A stretch of DNA of 64,000 bases from Gammaproteobacteria bacterium (GCA_011389885.1 JAABTK010000012.1:1371-65370), one strand, 5' to 3'; counted from the first letter of the stretch, positions 38,972 through 49,357 are shown. The notes: a model not told the origin generated them from the letters alone. Numbers and translations: made by a program.

Positions 38972-40068
38972 CGCATCTGGTAGTGCAGGCGCTGTTGCAG
39001 GGTGGCGCCAAAGCCGTCGCCGCCGCCTCGGGTCTCGCTCAGCACGCCGCCGAGGGAGAGTTCGCGCCGCAATACCGCGCGTGAGGCCTGTACATCCACG
39101 TCGTATTCGACGAAGCCGGGGCCGGCCCGCCGCAGGAGCATGGAGGCCACTGAGTCGATGCCGCCGAGGTAGCGCCGCAGCGCGGCATAGTCTTCCACCG
39201 AGCCGAGGCCGTCCACCCGCAGCAGCACGATGTCGGCCCCGGGCCCGGCGGCGCCGGGACGCGGCGCGTAGGCTTCGGCAAGGGCGGCGGCGGTGCGGTC
39301 GATGCCGCCGCCGATGAGCGCCTCGGGGTCTTGGGCGCTGGTGGTCCAGCCGTCACGCGCGTCGCCTTGCAGCAGCATCCACTCGGCGCTCCAGTCCGCA
39401 TCGCGGCGGTTCAGGCGCGCCACCAGGATCGCATCCGCGCCGTAGCGCCCGGAGGCCTTGCGCAGGGTTGCGGCCAGTTCTCCGCCGCCCCAGAAGACCT
39501 CGGGGGCGACATTCGCCTGGTCTTCCAGGTCCATTAGCGGAAAGATCAGCGGAATCCCCCGCGCGAAGGCCGCGCGTTGCGCTAGGGCGCGCAGGTGTTG
39601 GTCCTGCTCGGGGCTGTACAAGCGCCCTTCGCCGCCGTCGCGCACGCCGAGCCAGACCAGTACGCCGGGGCGATTGGCGCCCCAAATCGGCACGCCGTGG
39701 CGCTGCATCACCGGGTTGATTTGGGTTTCATCGAAGGCAACCCGCAGGTGCAGCGGCCCGCGTCCGGGATAGGGCGAGGGGTCGCGCGTGTAGCCGTGCT
39801 GCTGCACCAGGGCCTCGGGATCGCCGAAGGCCTTCAGCAAGGCGGTGTCCCGGGCCCGCTGCGGGTCGCCGGTTAGCTTGACCAGCAGCTTGCCCAAGGC
39901 CGCCTCAAAACCCGCCTGTTGCTGCTCGGGGTTTTGGCCCTGCACCCGCACCTCGACCTCGTAGAGGCCTTCGACGGGCATGCCGGCGGCCGGTGCGGCG
40001 AGCACCAGCAGGATGAACGGAACCGCCAGGTTCCGCAGCGGGACTGCGCATTTTAGGAAAACAGGCAT
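38968..40068 (-). CDS. DUF2066-like periplasmic protein
   Basis: 366 aa with a signal peptide and a GLYEVEVRV start motif. It is divergent from purM, the usual position for this family (recalled synteny). Confidence 0.65.
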   Translation of the reverse strand: MPVFLKCAVPLRNLAVPFILLVLAAPAAGMPVEGLYEVEVRVQGQNPEQQQAGFEAALGKLLVKLTGDPQRARDTALLKAFGDPEALVQQHGYTRDPSPYPGRGPLHLRVAFDETQINPVMQRHGVPIWGANRPGVLVWLGVRDGGEGRLYSPEQDQHLRALAQRAAFARGIPLIFPLMDLEDQANVAPEVFWGGGELAATLRKASGRYGADAILVARLNRRDADWSAEWMLLQGDARDGWTTSAQDPEALIGGGIDRTAAALAEAYAPRPGAAGPGADIVLLRVDGLGSVEDYAALRRYLGGIDSVASMLLRRAGPGFVEYDVDVQASRAVLRRELSLGGVLSETRGGGDGFGATLQQRLHYQMR

Positions 40069-40232
40069 TCAGTGTTCCAATAGTCGATGATTAGGGCCGG
40101 CGGTTATCGAGGCGGAACGGGGATTCTAGCGCGCACAGACGGCTTGTGTCTAAAACAGCCGTTTGCCCGGCCAAGCAGGCCTGCTAGAATCGCCGCCACG
40201 GCGTAGCCTCAACTTCGGAGCCCCCCTTTAAT

Positions 40233-41288
40233 ATGAGCGAATCGTCCCCCCCCTTGAGTTATCGCGACGCCGGCGTGGATATCGACGCCGGCAATGCCTT
40301 GGTGGAACGCATTAAGCCCGCGGTGCAGAAGACCTTTCGGCCCGGCGTGTTGGCCGGGCTCGGGGGCTTCGGCGGTTTGTTCGAACTCCCGGTGGAGCGC
40401 TATCGCCAGCCGGTGCTGGTGTCCGGCACGGACGGCGTGGGCACCAAGCTAAAGCTGGCCTTGCAGGCCGGGCGGCATGACACCCTGGGCATTGATTTGG
40501 TGGCCATGTGCGTGAACGACATTATCGTCACCGGGGCCGAGCCGCTGTTCTTTTTGGATTACTATGCCACCGGCAAGCTCGACGTGGAGGTGGCGAGCGC
40601 GGTGGTGGCGGGCATCGCCCGCGGTTGCGAGTTGGCGGGGGCGGCGTTGATCGGCGGCGAGACGGCCGAGATGCCCGGCCTGTATGCCGCGGGCGACTAC
40701 GACCTGGCGGGGTTCGCGGTGGGCGTGGCGGAAAAGGACGAGATCGTGGATCCCGCCCGGGTCGCGCCCGGCGACGTGCTGATCGGTCTCGCCTCTTCCG
40801 GGCCCCACTCCAATGGCTATTCCCTGATCCGCAAGACCCTGGAGGTCAGCGGGGCGTCGTTGGCGCAGGAAATCGACGGCGTTTCGCTTGGGGACCTGTT
40901 GCTGACCCCGACACGGATCTACGTCAAGTCGCTGCTGGGCCTGTTGCCCCATGTGCAGGTGCATGCCTTGGCCCATATCACCGGCGGCGGTCTGCCGGAG
41001 AACCTGCCGCGGGTGCTGCCGGAGCACACCAAGGCGGTGATCGATCCCCAGTCCTGGGTCCGGCCGGCGGTGTTCGATTGGCTTCAGCGCCAAGGCAATA
41101 TCCCCGAACCCGAGATGCTGCGCACCTTTAATTGCGGGGTGGGCATGGTGGTCTGCGTGGCCGAAGAGGCGGTCACGCGGTCGCTGCAAATCCTTCAAAC
41201 CGCGGGTGAAAGCGCCTGGGTCCTGGGGCGCATCGAGGCCGCCGACGGCGCCCCGCGGGTGGAGCTGCGGGCGGGGCGCGGCGAATGA
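40233..41288 (+). CDS. purM: Phosphoribosylformylglycinamidine cyclo-ligase
   Basis: 351 aa with [13 protein letters not shown] and DGVGTKL motifs. Confidence 0.96.
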   Translation: MSESSPPLSYRDAGVDIDAGNALVERIKPAVQKTFRPGVLAGLGGFGGLFELPVERYRQPVLVSGTDGVGTKLKLALQAGRHDTLGIDLVAMCVNDIIVTGAEPLFFLDYYATGKLDVEVASAVVAGIARGCELAGAALIGGETAEMPGLYAAGDYDLAGFAVGVAEKDEIVDPARVAPGDVLIGLASSGPHSNGYSLIRKTLEVSGASLAQEIDGVSLGDLLLTPTRIYVKSLLGLLPHVQVHALAHITGGGLPENLPRVLPEHTKAVIDPQSWVRPAVFDWLQRQGNIPEPEMLRTFNCGVGMVVCVAEEAVTRSLQILQTAGESAWVLGRIEAADGAPRVELRAGRGE

Positions 41289-41956
41289 GGCAGCAGCCTA
41301 AGCTGCCGTTGGTAGTGTTGATTTCCGGCGGCGGCACCAACTTGCAGGCCATCATTGATGGCGCCGCCGGCGGCGAGTTGCCGGTGAAGATTCAGGCGGT
41401 AATCAGTAACCGCCCCGGCGCGGGCGGCCTGGAGCGCGCCGCCAAGGCGGGCATTCATACCGAGGTGCTGGACCACAAGCGGTTTCCGGATCGCGACGCC
41501 TATGACCGCGCCCTGGGGGATTTGGTGCAAAGCCACCACCCCGGCCTGGTGCTGCTGGCGGGGTTTATGCGCATTCTGACCGCCGAGTTTGTACAGCGTT
41601 TCGAGGGTCGCATGCTCAATATCCACCCCTCGCTATTGCCCAAGCACCAAGGCCTCCACACCCATCAAAGGGCGCTCGACGATGGCGATCGCGTCCACGG
41701 CGCCAGCGTACATTTCGTCACCGAAGAGCTGGACGGCGGCCCGCTGGTGATTCAGGCCGAGGTCCCGGTGGAGCTTGGCGACGATGCGAATCGTTTGGCC
41801 GCCCGCGTGTTGCAGCGCGAGCATCAAATCTACCCCGCCGCGGTGCGCTGGTTCGCCGAGGGGCGCCTGCGGCTCGATCATGCGCGGGTGTGGCTGGACG
41901 GCTGCGCGCTGGAGGCCCCGCTGCGCCTGCCCTTCGGCGTGGAGCCCCCGGTATGA
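41285..41956 (+). CDS. purN: Phosphoribosylglycinamide formyltransferase
   Basis: 223 aa with [22 protein letters not shown] and HxVxxxxDxGP ([11 protein letters not shown]) motifs. Confidence 0.95.
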   Translation: MRQQPKLPLVVLISGGGTNLQAIIDGAAGGELPVKIQAVISNRPGAGGLERAAKAGIHTEVLDHKRFPDRDAYDRALGDLVQSHHPGLVLLAGFMRILTAEFVQRFEGRMLNIHPSLLPKHQGLHTHQRALDDGDRVHGASVHFVTEELDGGPLVIQAEVPVELGDDANRLAARVLQREHQIYPAAVRWFAEGRLRLDHARVWLDGCALEAPLRLPFGVEPPV

Positions 41957-42744
41957 TGCGCACCCTTCGGTTTCACTTCGTCGCCCTGGCCCTGCTGTGC
42001 TGCGGATGCGCCTGGGGCGCCGCCGCCTCGACGCCGGAGGTGCGGCCGTTTCGCGCCGTCTACGAGGTGTTTTATTTAAAGCTGCTGCTGGGGCGGGTGG
42101 AGGTCACCCTGGAGGCGGACGCCGACGGGGCCTATCGCTACGGCAGCGTCACCACCACCGCCGGCGCGCTTAAGGTGTTTCGTGGCGATGTAATCACCGA
42201 GACCTCGGTCGGACGGATTGAGGGCGGGCGGGTGATCCCGCTGGAATACGAATACACCCACAAGAGTTCGGACCGGGATCGCCGGGTGCAGGTGAAGTTC
42301 GATTGGACCGAGGGCAGCGTGGTCAATTACGCCAAGGACAGTCATTGGCGCATGGACATCCCCCCCGGAACCCAGGACAAGGCCAGTCAGCAACTGGCGT
42401 TAATGCTGACCCTGTCGGCGCAAGACCCCGCAGCCGCCTTCGAGGTGGCCGACGGCGGGCGGCTCAAGCGCTATCGGTATAAGTCGGTCGAGACCTTGAG
42501 CTTGGACACCCTGGCGGGAGAGCAGCGCATCTTCCGGGTGGCCCGCAGCAAAGGCGATAGGCCCTCCCGCACTTCGATCTGGCTGGCCCCCGAGCTGCAC
42601 AACCTGCCGGTGAAGGCGGAGAAGGAAGAGGACGGCCGCATTTTGACGATGCGCTTGCAGGAACTGGAGTGGACCGGCGCGGTCATACCCCTCCCCGCCG
42701 CTGCGGAAGCGCCGCGGGCGAGCGACATATCGCCCCCGCCCTGA
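41953..42744 (+). CDS. DUF3108-like secreted protein
   Basis: Signal peptide [22 protein letters not shown] and beta-rich sequence. It follows purN as in Pseudomonas-type synteny; the start was trimmed from 41890. Confidence 0.65.
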   Translation: MMRTLRFHFVALALLCCGCAWGAAASTPEVRPFRAVYEVFYLKLLLGRVEVTLEADADGAYRYGSVTTTAGALKVFRGDVITETSVGRIEGGRVIPLEYEYTHKSSDRDRRVQVKFDWTEGSVVNYAKDSHWRMDIPPGTQDKASQQLALMLTLSAQDPAAAFEVADGGRLKRYRYKSVETLSLDTLAGEQRIFRVARSKGDRPSRTSIWLAPELHNLPVKAEKEEDGRILTMRLQELEWTGAVIPLPAAAEAPRASDISPPP

Positions 42745-42789
42745 GCAACCGACTTGAAAAGCGGCTTTAGGACCGCAAAATCAACGCCA

Positions 42790-44901
42790 ATGGAAAAAAC
42801 CAATCCGCAACACCAGGGGCGGACCCTGCGCGAAGGCCGTAACTGCTGGAAAGTGGAAACCGCGGATCGGATCGGGGTCGTCATCGACACCGCCGATTAC
42901 TTCGACGCCTTGCAAAAGGTCTGCGCCCAAGCCGATCACAGCCTGTTCATCCTCGGCTGGGATTTCGATCGCCGCGAGCGCCTGGGACGCAGCAAGCATG
43001 CGCCCACCCTGGAGCGCTTCCTCTATCGGCTGCTGAAGGACCACGCCGAGCTGAATATCTACCTGCTGCTGTGGGATTTTAACATGATCTACGCGGCCGA
43101 GCGGGAGCTGTTCCAGGCTTGGCATTTACGCTATAACAACCACCCGCGGCTGCATGTGCGGTTCGATGACCGCCACCCGCCGGGCGGCTCGCAGCATCAA
43201 AAGCTGGTGGTGGCGGACGATGCGGCGGCCTTTTGCGGCGGCATCGATCTCAGCCGCTGGCGTTGGGACACCTCGGAGCACAAGCCGCTGGACCCCCGCC
43301 GCAAGGATAGCAATGGCAACCACTATCCGCCCTTCCACGATCTCATGCTGCTGGTGCAGGGCGCGCCCGCGCACTCGCTGGGCGAGCTGGCGCGAGAGCG
43401 CTGGCGCCATTCGGGCAGCAGTTTAGACCCGGTCCCGCCCCAGCCGGGGACCGCGAAAATCTGGCCCAAGGGGCTGCAACCCTTGTTCGAAAACGAACCG
43501 GCGGCCATCGCCCGCACCTTCCCCGCCTTTGGGGGCCGCCCCGAGGTGCGCGAGGTGGAGGCCCTGTTCCTGGACTCCGTCGCCTGCGCCCAGCGTTACA
43601 TCTACATCGAGAACCAATTCTTCACCTCCCGCGGGCTCACCGACGCCCTGGCCGAGCGCCTGCGCGAAGCCGACGGACCTGAGGTGATCCTGGTGCTGCC
43701 CCATCACACCGGCGGCTGGCTGGAGCAGGTGACCATGGACGTGCTGCGCCAGCGCCAGCTCCAGCAATTGCGCACCGCCGACACCGACGGGCGCTTGCGG
43801 GTGTTCTACCCGCATCAGCCCGGGCTGGCGCCGGAGCAGTGCATCAGCGTGCATGCCAAGGTCACCATCATCGATGACGCCTTCCTGCATGTGGGCTCGG
43901 CCAACACCAGCGACCGCTCCATGGGGCTGGACAGCGAGTGCGACCTGGCGGTGGAGAACCCCGAGGCCGAGGGCGCCCGCTGGCTGCTGCACCGTCTACT
44001 CGCCGAACACCTCGATTGCCGCCGGGACGACCTTGAACAGGCCCGTGAGTCCGAAGGCTCATTGATTCGCGCGGTGGAGGGCCTGTGCCGAGAGCAGGGC
44101 CGCAGCCTGCGCAAACTCGACGCCGCCGCCCGCGAGACCGCGCTAGACCTCAGCGAGCAGGCGGATTTGGTGGACCCCGACGAACCGATCAATCCCGAGT
44201 ACTTCGTCAGTCGCGTGATCCCAAACGCCGAGGCCCCCCAGGGGCATCGCCGATTAGTGCTGTTCGCGCTGTTTATCGTGCTACTGCTCGCCGTCGCCGC
44301 CGCTTGGCGCTGGACGCCCTTGGCGCAATGGATCGCCCCCGACCAACTCGCCGCCTGGCTGGCTTGGTTCGAGCACCCCTCCACCCGCGGCTTGGCGGTG
44401 CTGGTCACCTTCGTCGTCGCCAGCCTGCTGATGGTGCCGCTGACCATCCTGGTGGTGGCCGCGGGATTGCTGCTGGGGGCCTGGAGCGGCTTTCTCTACG
44501 CCTTCGCCGGGGCCATGATCAGCGCCCTGCTGGCCTTTCTGTTGGGCGAACTCATGGGCGGCGAGATCCTCGAACGCCTCAGCGGCTCGCACATCCACCG
44601 CCTGAGCAAGCGCCTTTCCGAGCGCGGCATTATGGCCGTGGCCATGCTCCGCCTGCTGCCAGTGGCCCCCTTCACCATCATCAACCTGGTGGCCGGCGCC
44701 TCGCATATCCGCACGCTGCCCTTCATGATCGGCTCCGCCATCGGCCTGCTGCCGGGGGTGCTGGCGCTTACGTTGTTTTCCGGCACCCTGTACGAGGCCG
44801 TGACCGACCCCAGCGCCCGCACCTTGGGCGTGTTGGCGGTGGTGGGCGTTATGATCGTGGCCGGTGCGCTGGGGCTGAAACGCCTGCTCAAATTGTCGTG
44901 A
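42790..44901 (+). CDS. Phospholipase D-superfamily (two HKD motifs) :: VTT/DedA (TVP38) membrane-domain fusion protein
   Basis: HQKLVVADD and HAKVTIIDDAFLHVGSANTSDRS HKD motifs, with a C-terminal about 200-aa multi-TM VTT-type domain. The start is uncertain (tracked TTG at 42754, first ATG at 42790). Confidence 0.78.
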   Translation: MEKTNPQHQGRTLREGRNCWKVETADRIGVVIDTADYFDALQKVCAQADHSLFILGWDFDRRERLGRSKHAPTLERFLYRLLKDHAELNIYLLLWDFNMIYAAERELFQAWHLRYNNHPRLHVRFDDRHPPGGSQHQKLVVADDAAAFCGGIDLSRWRWDTSEHKPLDPRRKDSNGNHYPPFHDLMLLVQGAPAHSLGELARERWRHSGSSLDPVPPQPGTAKIWPKGLQPLFENEPAAIARTFPAFGGRPEVREVEALFLDSVACAQRYIYIENQFFTSRGLTDALAERLREADGPEVILVLPHHTGGWLEQVTMDVLRQRQLQQLRTADTDGRLRVFYPHQPGLAPEQCISVHAKVTIIDDAFLHVGSANTSDRSMGLDSECDLAVENPEAEGARWLLHRLLAEHLDCRRDDLEQARESEGSLIRAVEGLCREQGRSLRKLDAAARETALDLSEQADLVDPDEPINPEYFVSRVIPNAEAPQGHRRLVLFALFIVLLLAVAAAWRWTPLAQWIAPDQLAAWLAWFEHPSTRGLAVLVTFVVASLLMVPLTILVVAAGLLLGAWSGFLYAFAGAMISALLAFLLGELMGGEILERLSGSHIHRLSKRLSERGIMAVAMLRLLPVAPFTIINLVAGASHIRTLPFMIGSAIGLLPGVLALTLFSGTLYEAVTDPSARTLGVLAVVGVMIVAGALGLKRLLKLS

Positions 44902-44913
44902 CCCGGGTCGGCC

Positions 44914-45615
44914 ATGCGCATCGCCACCTACAACATCCACGGCGCCCTGGGCCGGGACGGTAAGCATGACCTGGGGCGCGTAATTGACGTCATTAACGCC
45001 CTGGACGCCCGCATCATCGCCTTGCAGGAGGTGGATTCCCGCTGCGGCCCGTACACCCAATCCCGCCAAATGGAGATCCTTTCCAAGCGCACCGGCCTGC
45101 GGGCGATCCCCGGCCCCACCATCATCAATGCGGCCTATGCCTACGGCAATGTGCTGCTCACTGATCTCCCGGTGCGCGCACTGCGCCAAATCGACCTCAG
45201 TTACCGCAGGCGCGAACCCCGCGGCGCCATGGACGTTTGGCTCGACACCCCGAACGGCCCCCTGCGCGTGCTCAACACGCATCTGGGGCTCCAATGGCGG
45301 GAGCGCCGACAGCAGATCCGACGCCTGATGCAGGAAATCCAGCGCGACGCCCTGCCGTTGGCGATGATGGGCGACTTTAACGAATGGGTGCCCTTCCTGG
45401 GCGCGATTCGGCCGCTCAGGCGCGACCTCAACCCGCCCCACCGCAGCCTTCGCACCTTCCCGAGCTGTTGCCCGCTGCTGCCGCTAGACCGCATCTGGAT
45501 CCGCCCCGCGCAGATCCTCACCGAACTGCGGCTGGTGAACACCCGGGTCGCCAAAATCGCCTCCGACCACCTGCCGCTCCTGGGCCGGCTGGACCTGGCA
45601 TCTACGCGCAAATAA
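44914..45615 (+). CDS. Endonuclease/exonuclease/phosphatase (EEP) family protein
   Basis: 233 aa with the YNIHG start motif, ALQEVD and a C-terminal SDHLPL catalytic motif. Confidence 0.85.
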   Translation: MRIATYNIHGALGRDGKHDLGRVIDVINALDARIIALQEVDSRCGPYTQSRQMEILSKRTGLRAIPGPTIINAAYAYGNVLLTDLPVRALRQIDLSYRRREPRGAMDVWLDTPNGPLRVLNTHLGLQWRERRQQIRRLMQEIQRDALPLAMMGDFNEWVPFLGAIRPLRRDLNPPHRSLRTFPSCCPLLPLDRIWIRPAQILTELRLVNTRVAKIASDHLPLLGRLDLASTRK

Positions 45616-45795
45616 CGGAAACAACGACCCTTGGGGGCGCAGAGGACGCGGAAGGGGTTTTGCCGGCTCGTGCTTATCCGTGCTTGAGGAGAAGAACCAC
45701 GAGTGGACACGCGTTTTTGCTCCGCGGGTTCTCGGGGTCTTATTTCGCCTTGGCGTCCCTTGCGCCTCCTTGGCGGTCTTTGCGTTATTTCACTA
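45606..45795. repeat. Foldback MITE-like element, copy 4 (short form)
   Basis: The left terminus GCGCAAATAACGGAAACAACG overlaps the last codons and stop of the EEP gene. The right end is ..GGTCTTTGCGTTATTTCAC. Confidence 0.6.
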
Positions 45796-46036
45796 AAGCC
45801 CTCAGCGCTTAGCCGCGGGCGAATCGGGTTTTGCCTTTAAGCAAAGATCCGCTGCGGCCAATACTTGACCCGACGCCTGCGGTGGGGGATTATCGAATGC
45901 GTCATCGTTGATGTATTCGGCGGCAGCTCGAATCCGACCGACCCGATGATTCGGCGTGCAGCGGCCCGCCAAAGCCTGGCGGCTGCGCCTGATCGCGGGA
46001 TCAATCGTCTTCATCATTCACCCAGAAAATGCACCC

Positions 46037-46348
46037 ATGCAAGTAGAAGCCCTGTTCGACGCCCTCTCCGACACCTCCAGGCGCAATATCGTGCTGTTGC
46101 TGATGCGCGACGGCGAGCAATGCGTTTGCAATATCTACGGCCGGCTGGGCATGTCGCAACCCAAGGCCTCGCGTCACCTCGCCGTACTGCGCGACTGCGG
46201 CCTAGTGACCGCCCGGCGCGACGGCAAGTGGATGCACTACCGCCTGCATCCAGAGATCCCGCTGTGGTGCTATCGAATCCTGGAAGGGATGCGCGACGGC
46301 GCATCCGAACTGGTCCCGGCGGCTGAACAGAACTGCATTCCGGGCTAA
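46037..46348 (+). CDS. arsR: ArsR/SmtB-family metalloregulator
   Basis: 103 aa; wHTH with a CVC motif (GEQCVCNI) at the position of the As(III)-sensing cysteines. The start was trimmed from 45956. Confidence 0.8.
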   Translation: MQVEALFDALSDTSRRNIVLLLMRDGEQCVCNIYGRLGMSQPKASRHLAVLRDCGLVTARRDGKWMHYRLHPEIPLWCYRILEGMRDGASELVPAAEQNCIPG

Positions 46349-46439
46349 GCTCTTAGGGCTTGGGGCCTCGTTCGCTCCGGCTAAAGCCTCCGTTGGGGGA
46401 TGCCTTCCGCAGTCGATCCTCCCTTTCTCAAACCGCCCC

Positions 46440-48029
46440 TTAGGGGGCCGACAGCGCCTCGGCCTCGGCCATGTACTTGGCCATTGTCGGCGGGATACGC
46501 CTCTGATCCAGTAATACACCGGGCTCCAGCGGCGGAAACAGTTCGTCGTAGCGGTGATAGTGGGTGCGGTCGGTGCGTTGGCAGACGTGGGTGCGTTGCA
46601 AGCGTTCGGGGTGTTCAAAGCCGGCGGAGGCGAGGATTTCGCGCAGGCTGTGGATGGTCTGCTGCTGAAAGTTGCGCACGCGCACCCGCTTGTCGCTCAC
46701 CACCAGCCCCGCCGCCAAGCGCGGATTTTGGGTCGCCACCCCGGTGGGGCAACGGTTCTTGTGGCACTGCAAGGACTGTATGCACCCCAAAGCGAGCATG
46801 AAGCCGCGGGCGCTGGCGCAGAGGTCGGCGCCGAGCGCAAGGTATTTGGCGATGTCCATGCCGGTGAAGATCTTGCCCGAGCTGACCAGCTTGATCTCGG
46901 ATTTGAGGTCATAGCCGGTCAGGCAGTCGCTGACAAAGACTAGCGCCTCGCGCAGCGGCATGCCGACGGCGTTGGTGTGCTCCAACGGGGCGGCCCCGGT
47001 GCCGCCCTCGGCCCCGTCCACGGTGATGAAATCCGGGCGGATGCCGCTCTCCGCCATGGCCTGGCAGAGGGCGATGAACTCGGCCTTTCTGCCGATGCAG
47101 AGCTTGAACCCCACCGGCTTGCCTTGGGCGAGTTCGCGCAGCCGCTGAATGAAGGCCATCATCTCCAGCGGGGTGGAGAAGGCGGTATGGGCGGGCGGCG
47201 AATCCACCCGGGTATAGGGCTCGACACCACGGATCGCGGCGATTTCCGGGGTGTTCTTGTCCGCCGGCAGGATGCCGCCGTGCCCCGGCTTGGCCCCCTG
47301 GGAGAGCTTGATTTCGATCATCTTCACGGCCGGCCTGCACGCGTGCTTGGCGAACCGCTGCGGGTCGAAATCGCCCCGCGCGTCGCGACAGCCGAAATAG
47401 CCGGTGCCGATTTGCCAAATCAGATCGGCCCCGCTTTGCAGGTGGTGGGGCGTCAAGCCGCCCTCGCCGGTGTTCAGGGCAAAGCCGCCGGCGCGCGCGC
47501 CTTCGCCGAGGGCCAACAGCGCGTTCGCACTCAGGGCGCCGAAACTCATCGCCGAGATATTATACAGGCTGGCGGCATAAGGCTGGCTGCACGCGGACGA
47601 ACCGACCCGCACCCGCGGCTCTGCCGTGACCTGTTCCAGCCGCAGCGGGCGCATGGAGTGGCTGATCCATTCATAGCCCGGCGCATAGGCGTCCATCTTG
47701 GTGCCGAAGGGCACGGTGTCGATATCCTTTTTCGCCCGCCGATACACCAGGCCCCGGGTTTGACGGTTGATGGGCACGCCATCGATGTCGGACTCGATGA
47801 AATATTGACGCACCAGCGGCCGCATGGACTCCAGCACCCAGCGCATCCGCCCGAACAACGGAAAGTTCCGGCGCAGGCTATGGCGCGTCTGCCGCCTATC
47901 GCTCACGCCGATGGCCAGCAGTAGGCCATACAGCGGCAGCAGCCAGAAAAACAACGGCTGCAACCAACCGAGCAGCAGGATGAAAACCAGCGCCAACAGG
48001 CCCGAGAGCATGAACTTCAATGGATTCAC
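46440..48029 (-). CDS. FMN-binding glutamate synthase-family protein (GltB domain 2-like, membrane-anchored)
   Basis: 529 aa with two N-terminal TM helices and a TIM-barrel with GEGG and GAxGG-type FMN motifs (DGAEGGTGAAP). Confidence 0.85.
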   Translation of the reverse strand: MNPLKFMLSGLLALVFILLLGWLQPLFFWLLPLYGLLLAIGVSDRRQTRHSLRRNFPLFGRMRWVLESMRPLVRQYFIESDIDGVPINRQTRGLVYRRAKKDIDTVPFGTKMDAYAPGYEWISHSMRPLRLEQVTAEPRVRVGSSACSQPYAASLYNISAMSFGALSANALLALGEGARAGGFALNTGEGGLTPHHLQSGADLIWQIGTGYFGCRDARGDFDPQRFAKHACRPAVKMIEIKLSQGAKPGHGGILPADKNTPEIAAIRGVEPYTRVDSPPAHTAFSTPLEMMAFIQRLRELAQGKPVGFKLCIGRKAEFIALCQAMAESGIRPDFITVDGAEGGTGAAPLEHTNAVGMPLREALVFVSDCLTGYDLKSEIKLVSSGKIFTGMDIAKYLALGADLCASARGFMLALGCIQSLQCHKNRCPTGVATQNPRLAAGLVVSDKRVRVRNFQQQTIHSLREILASAGFEHPERLQRTHVCQRTDRTHYHRYDELFPPLEPGVLLDQRRIPPTMAKYMAEAEALSAP

Positions 48030-48280
48030 TCCTATTGCGGTGTCTCCGCGCTAGTATAACAGCGCCGAGGCGCACGCCGCATGCCCTGCCAAGGCCCCGG
48101 CGTCGGGCCGAATTCGGGCCGTTGACCGCTGCATTGTGCGAGCCAATGGATCATCCGGCGGGCACAGGCCTAGCCACCGCCGGGCCTGCACTCGGCCCTT
48201 GACAACGGGTAGGCGCCTCGCCGACGATGCGACCTTGCGACCCCACGCCACCAGATGCTAACCCGTTCACCCCATCGCCG

Positions 48281-49357
48281 ATGCTCAAGCCATTTAAACC
48301 GCTGATCTTTTTTCTGCTATTGCTGGTCGCCCTGCCGGGTGCGGCGCAGCCGCAAGCCATTGACGCCCCTTACCAGGATAATACTTGGTTCGACGACCCC
48401 CTATGGCTTGATGATTCGGTGAGTTATCTGGCCACCCGGCTGGATGCAGGGGCCAACTGGTTCGACAGCTTTTTCGGCGACGACCGCGACGCGGCGGAGA
48501 CCCGCGCCTCGCTGTACGCCCGCTGGATTCAGGACTTTCGCTTTGACCAGAGCGACCCCTTCGACTACGCCATTAAGTTCCGCGCCCAGGCCGAGCTGCC
48601 CCGGTTTTCGCGTCACATGAAGCTACTGATCGCGACCGATGACGACGACGCGGTGGACGACCAACTCGGCGCGGGCCAGGCCGAATTGAAGGACGACGAC
48701 GACGACACCCAGGACAACCGCGGACAGCTCGGCCTGCGCTATGACCTGCAGGACAAAGACCAGTCCCGGCTCTCGCTTACGGGCAGCCTGCGCCTGAGCC
48801 CGTTTACGCCGCGCTTCAAGCTGCGCCACCGGCGCGCCTGGCTATTGTCCACGACGACCCTGAGCCGCACCACCTCCACCGGCTACTGGGATGCGGACGA
48901 CGGCTTTAGCGCCCGCCTGACCTGGGACCTGGAGGAAAGCCTGGAGCGGAACATTTTGCTGCGCTGGGTGAATTCGACCGAATGGGCGGAAGAGAATGAG
49001 CACGAAGACGGCCTGACCTGGCTGAGTCAAGTGACCCATTTTGAAAAGATCTCCGCAGACCAGGCGCTAGCCGTGGACATCGGGGTCTTTGGCGTCACCA
49101 AACCGCAATTCGAAGGGGAAAACTACCGCCTCCGCGGGCGCTACCGCAGCAGCTTTCTCCGGCCTTGGCTGTTTTACGAACTCCAGCCCGAGGTCTACTG
49201 GCCCCAGGACGAGCGCAAGGAAGAATGCAGCACCTGCCTGGCGATGATGTTTCGCCTGGAGATCCAGTTCCGCAAGGAGGCCTCAGACCCCGAGCCGGAA
49301 AAGGCGGCGGAGACCGCCGCGCTGCACCCCGCCGGGATCCGCCTGCCGCGGCTCTAG
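48281..49357 (+). CDS. Hypothetical secreted/outer-membrane beta-rich protein with an acidic patch
   Basis: Signal peptide MLKPFKPLIFFLLLLVALPGAAQP, alternating beta-strand pattern and Asp runs. The start was trimmed from 48227. Confidence 0.5.
   Translation: MLKPFKPLIFFLLLLVALPGAAQPQAIDAPYQDNTWFDDPLWLDDSVSYLATRLDAGANWFDSFFGDDRDAAETRASLYARWIQDFRFDQSDPFDYAIKFRAQAELPRFSRHMKLLIATDDDDAVDDQLGAGQAELKDDDDDTQDNRGQLGLRYDLQDKDQSRLSLTGSLRLSPFTPRFKLRHRRAWLLSTTTLSRTTSTGYWDADDGFSARLTWDLEESLERNILLRWVNSTEWAEENEHEDGLTWLSQVTHFEKISADQALAVDIGVFGVTKPQFEGENYRLRGRYRSSFLRPWLFYELQPEVYWPQDERKEECSTCLAMMFRLEIQFRKEASDPEPEKAAETAALHPAGIRLPRL

Noticed and set aside
40151-40168. A PurR-box-like half-site (GGCAAACG, reverse strand) upstream of purM.
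   Set aside because: Only one half of the 16-bp palindrome matches, and PurR-type regulation is not expected outside enteric-type lineages. It is insufficient to call.
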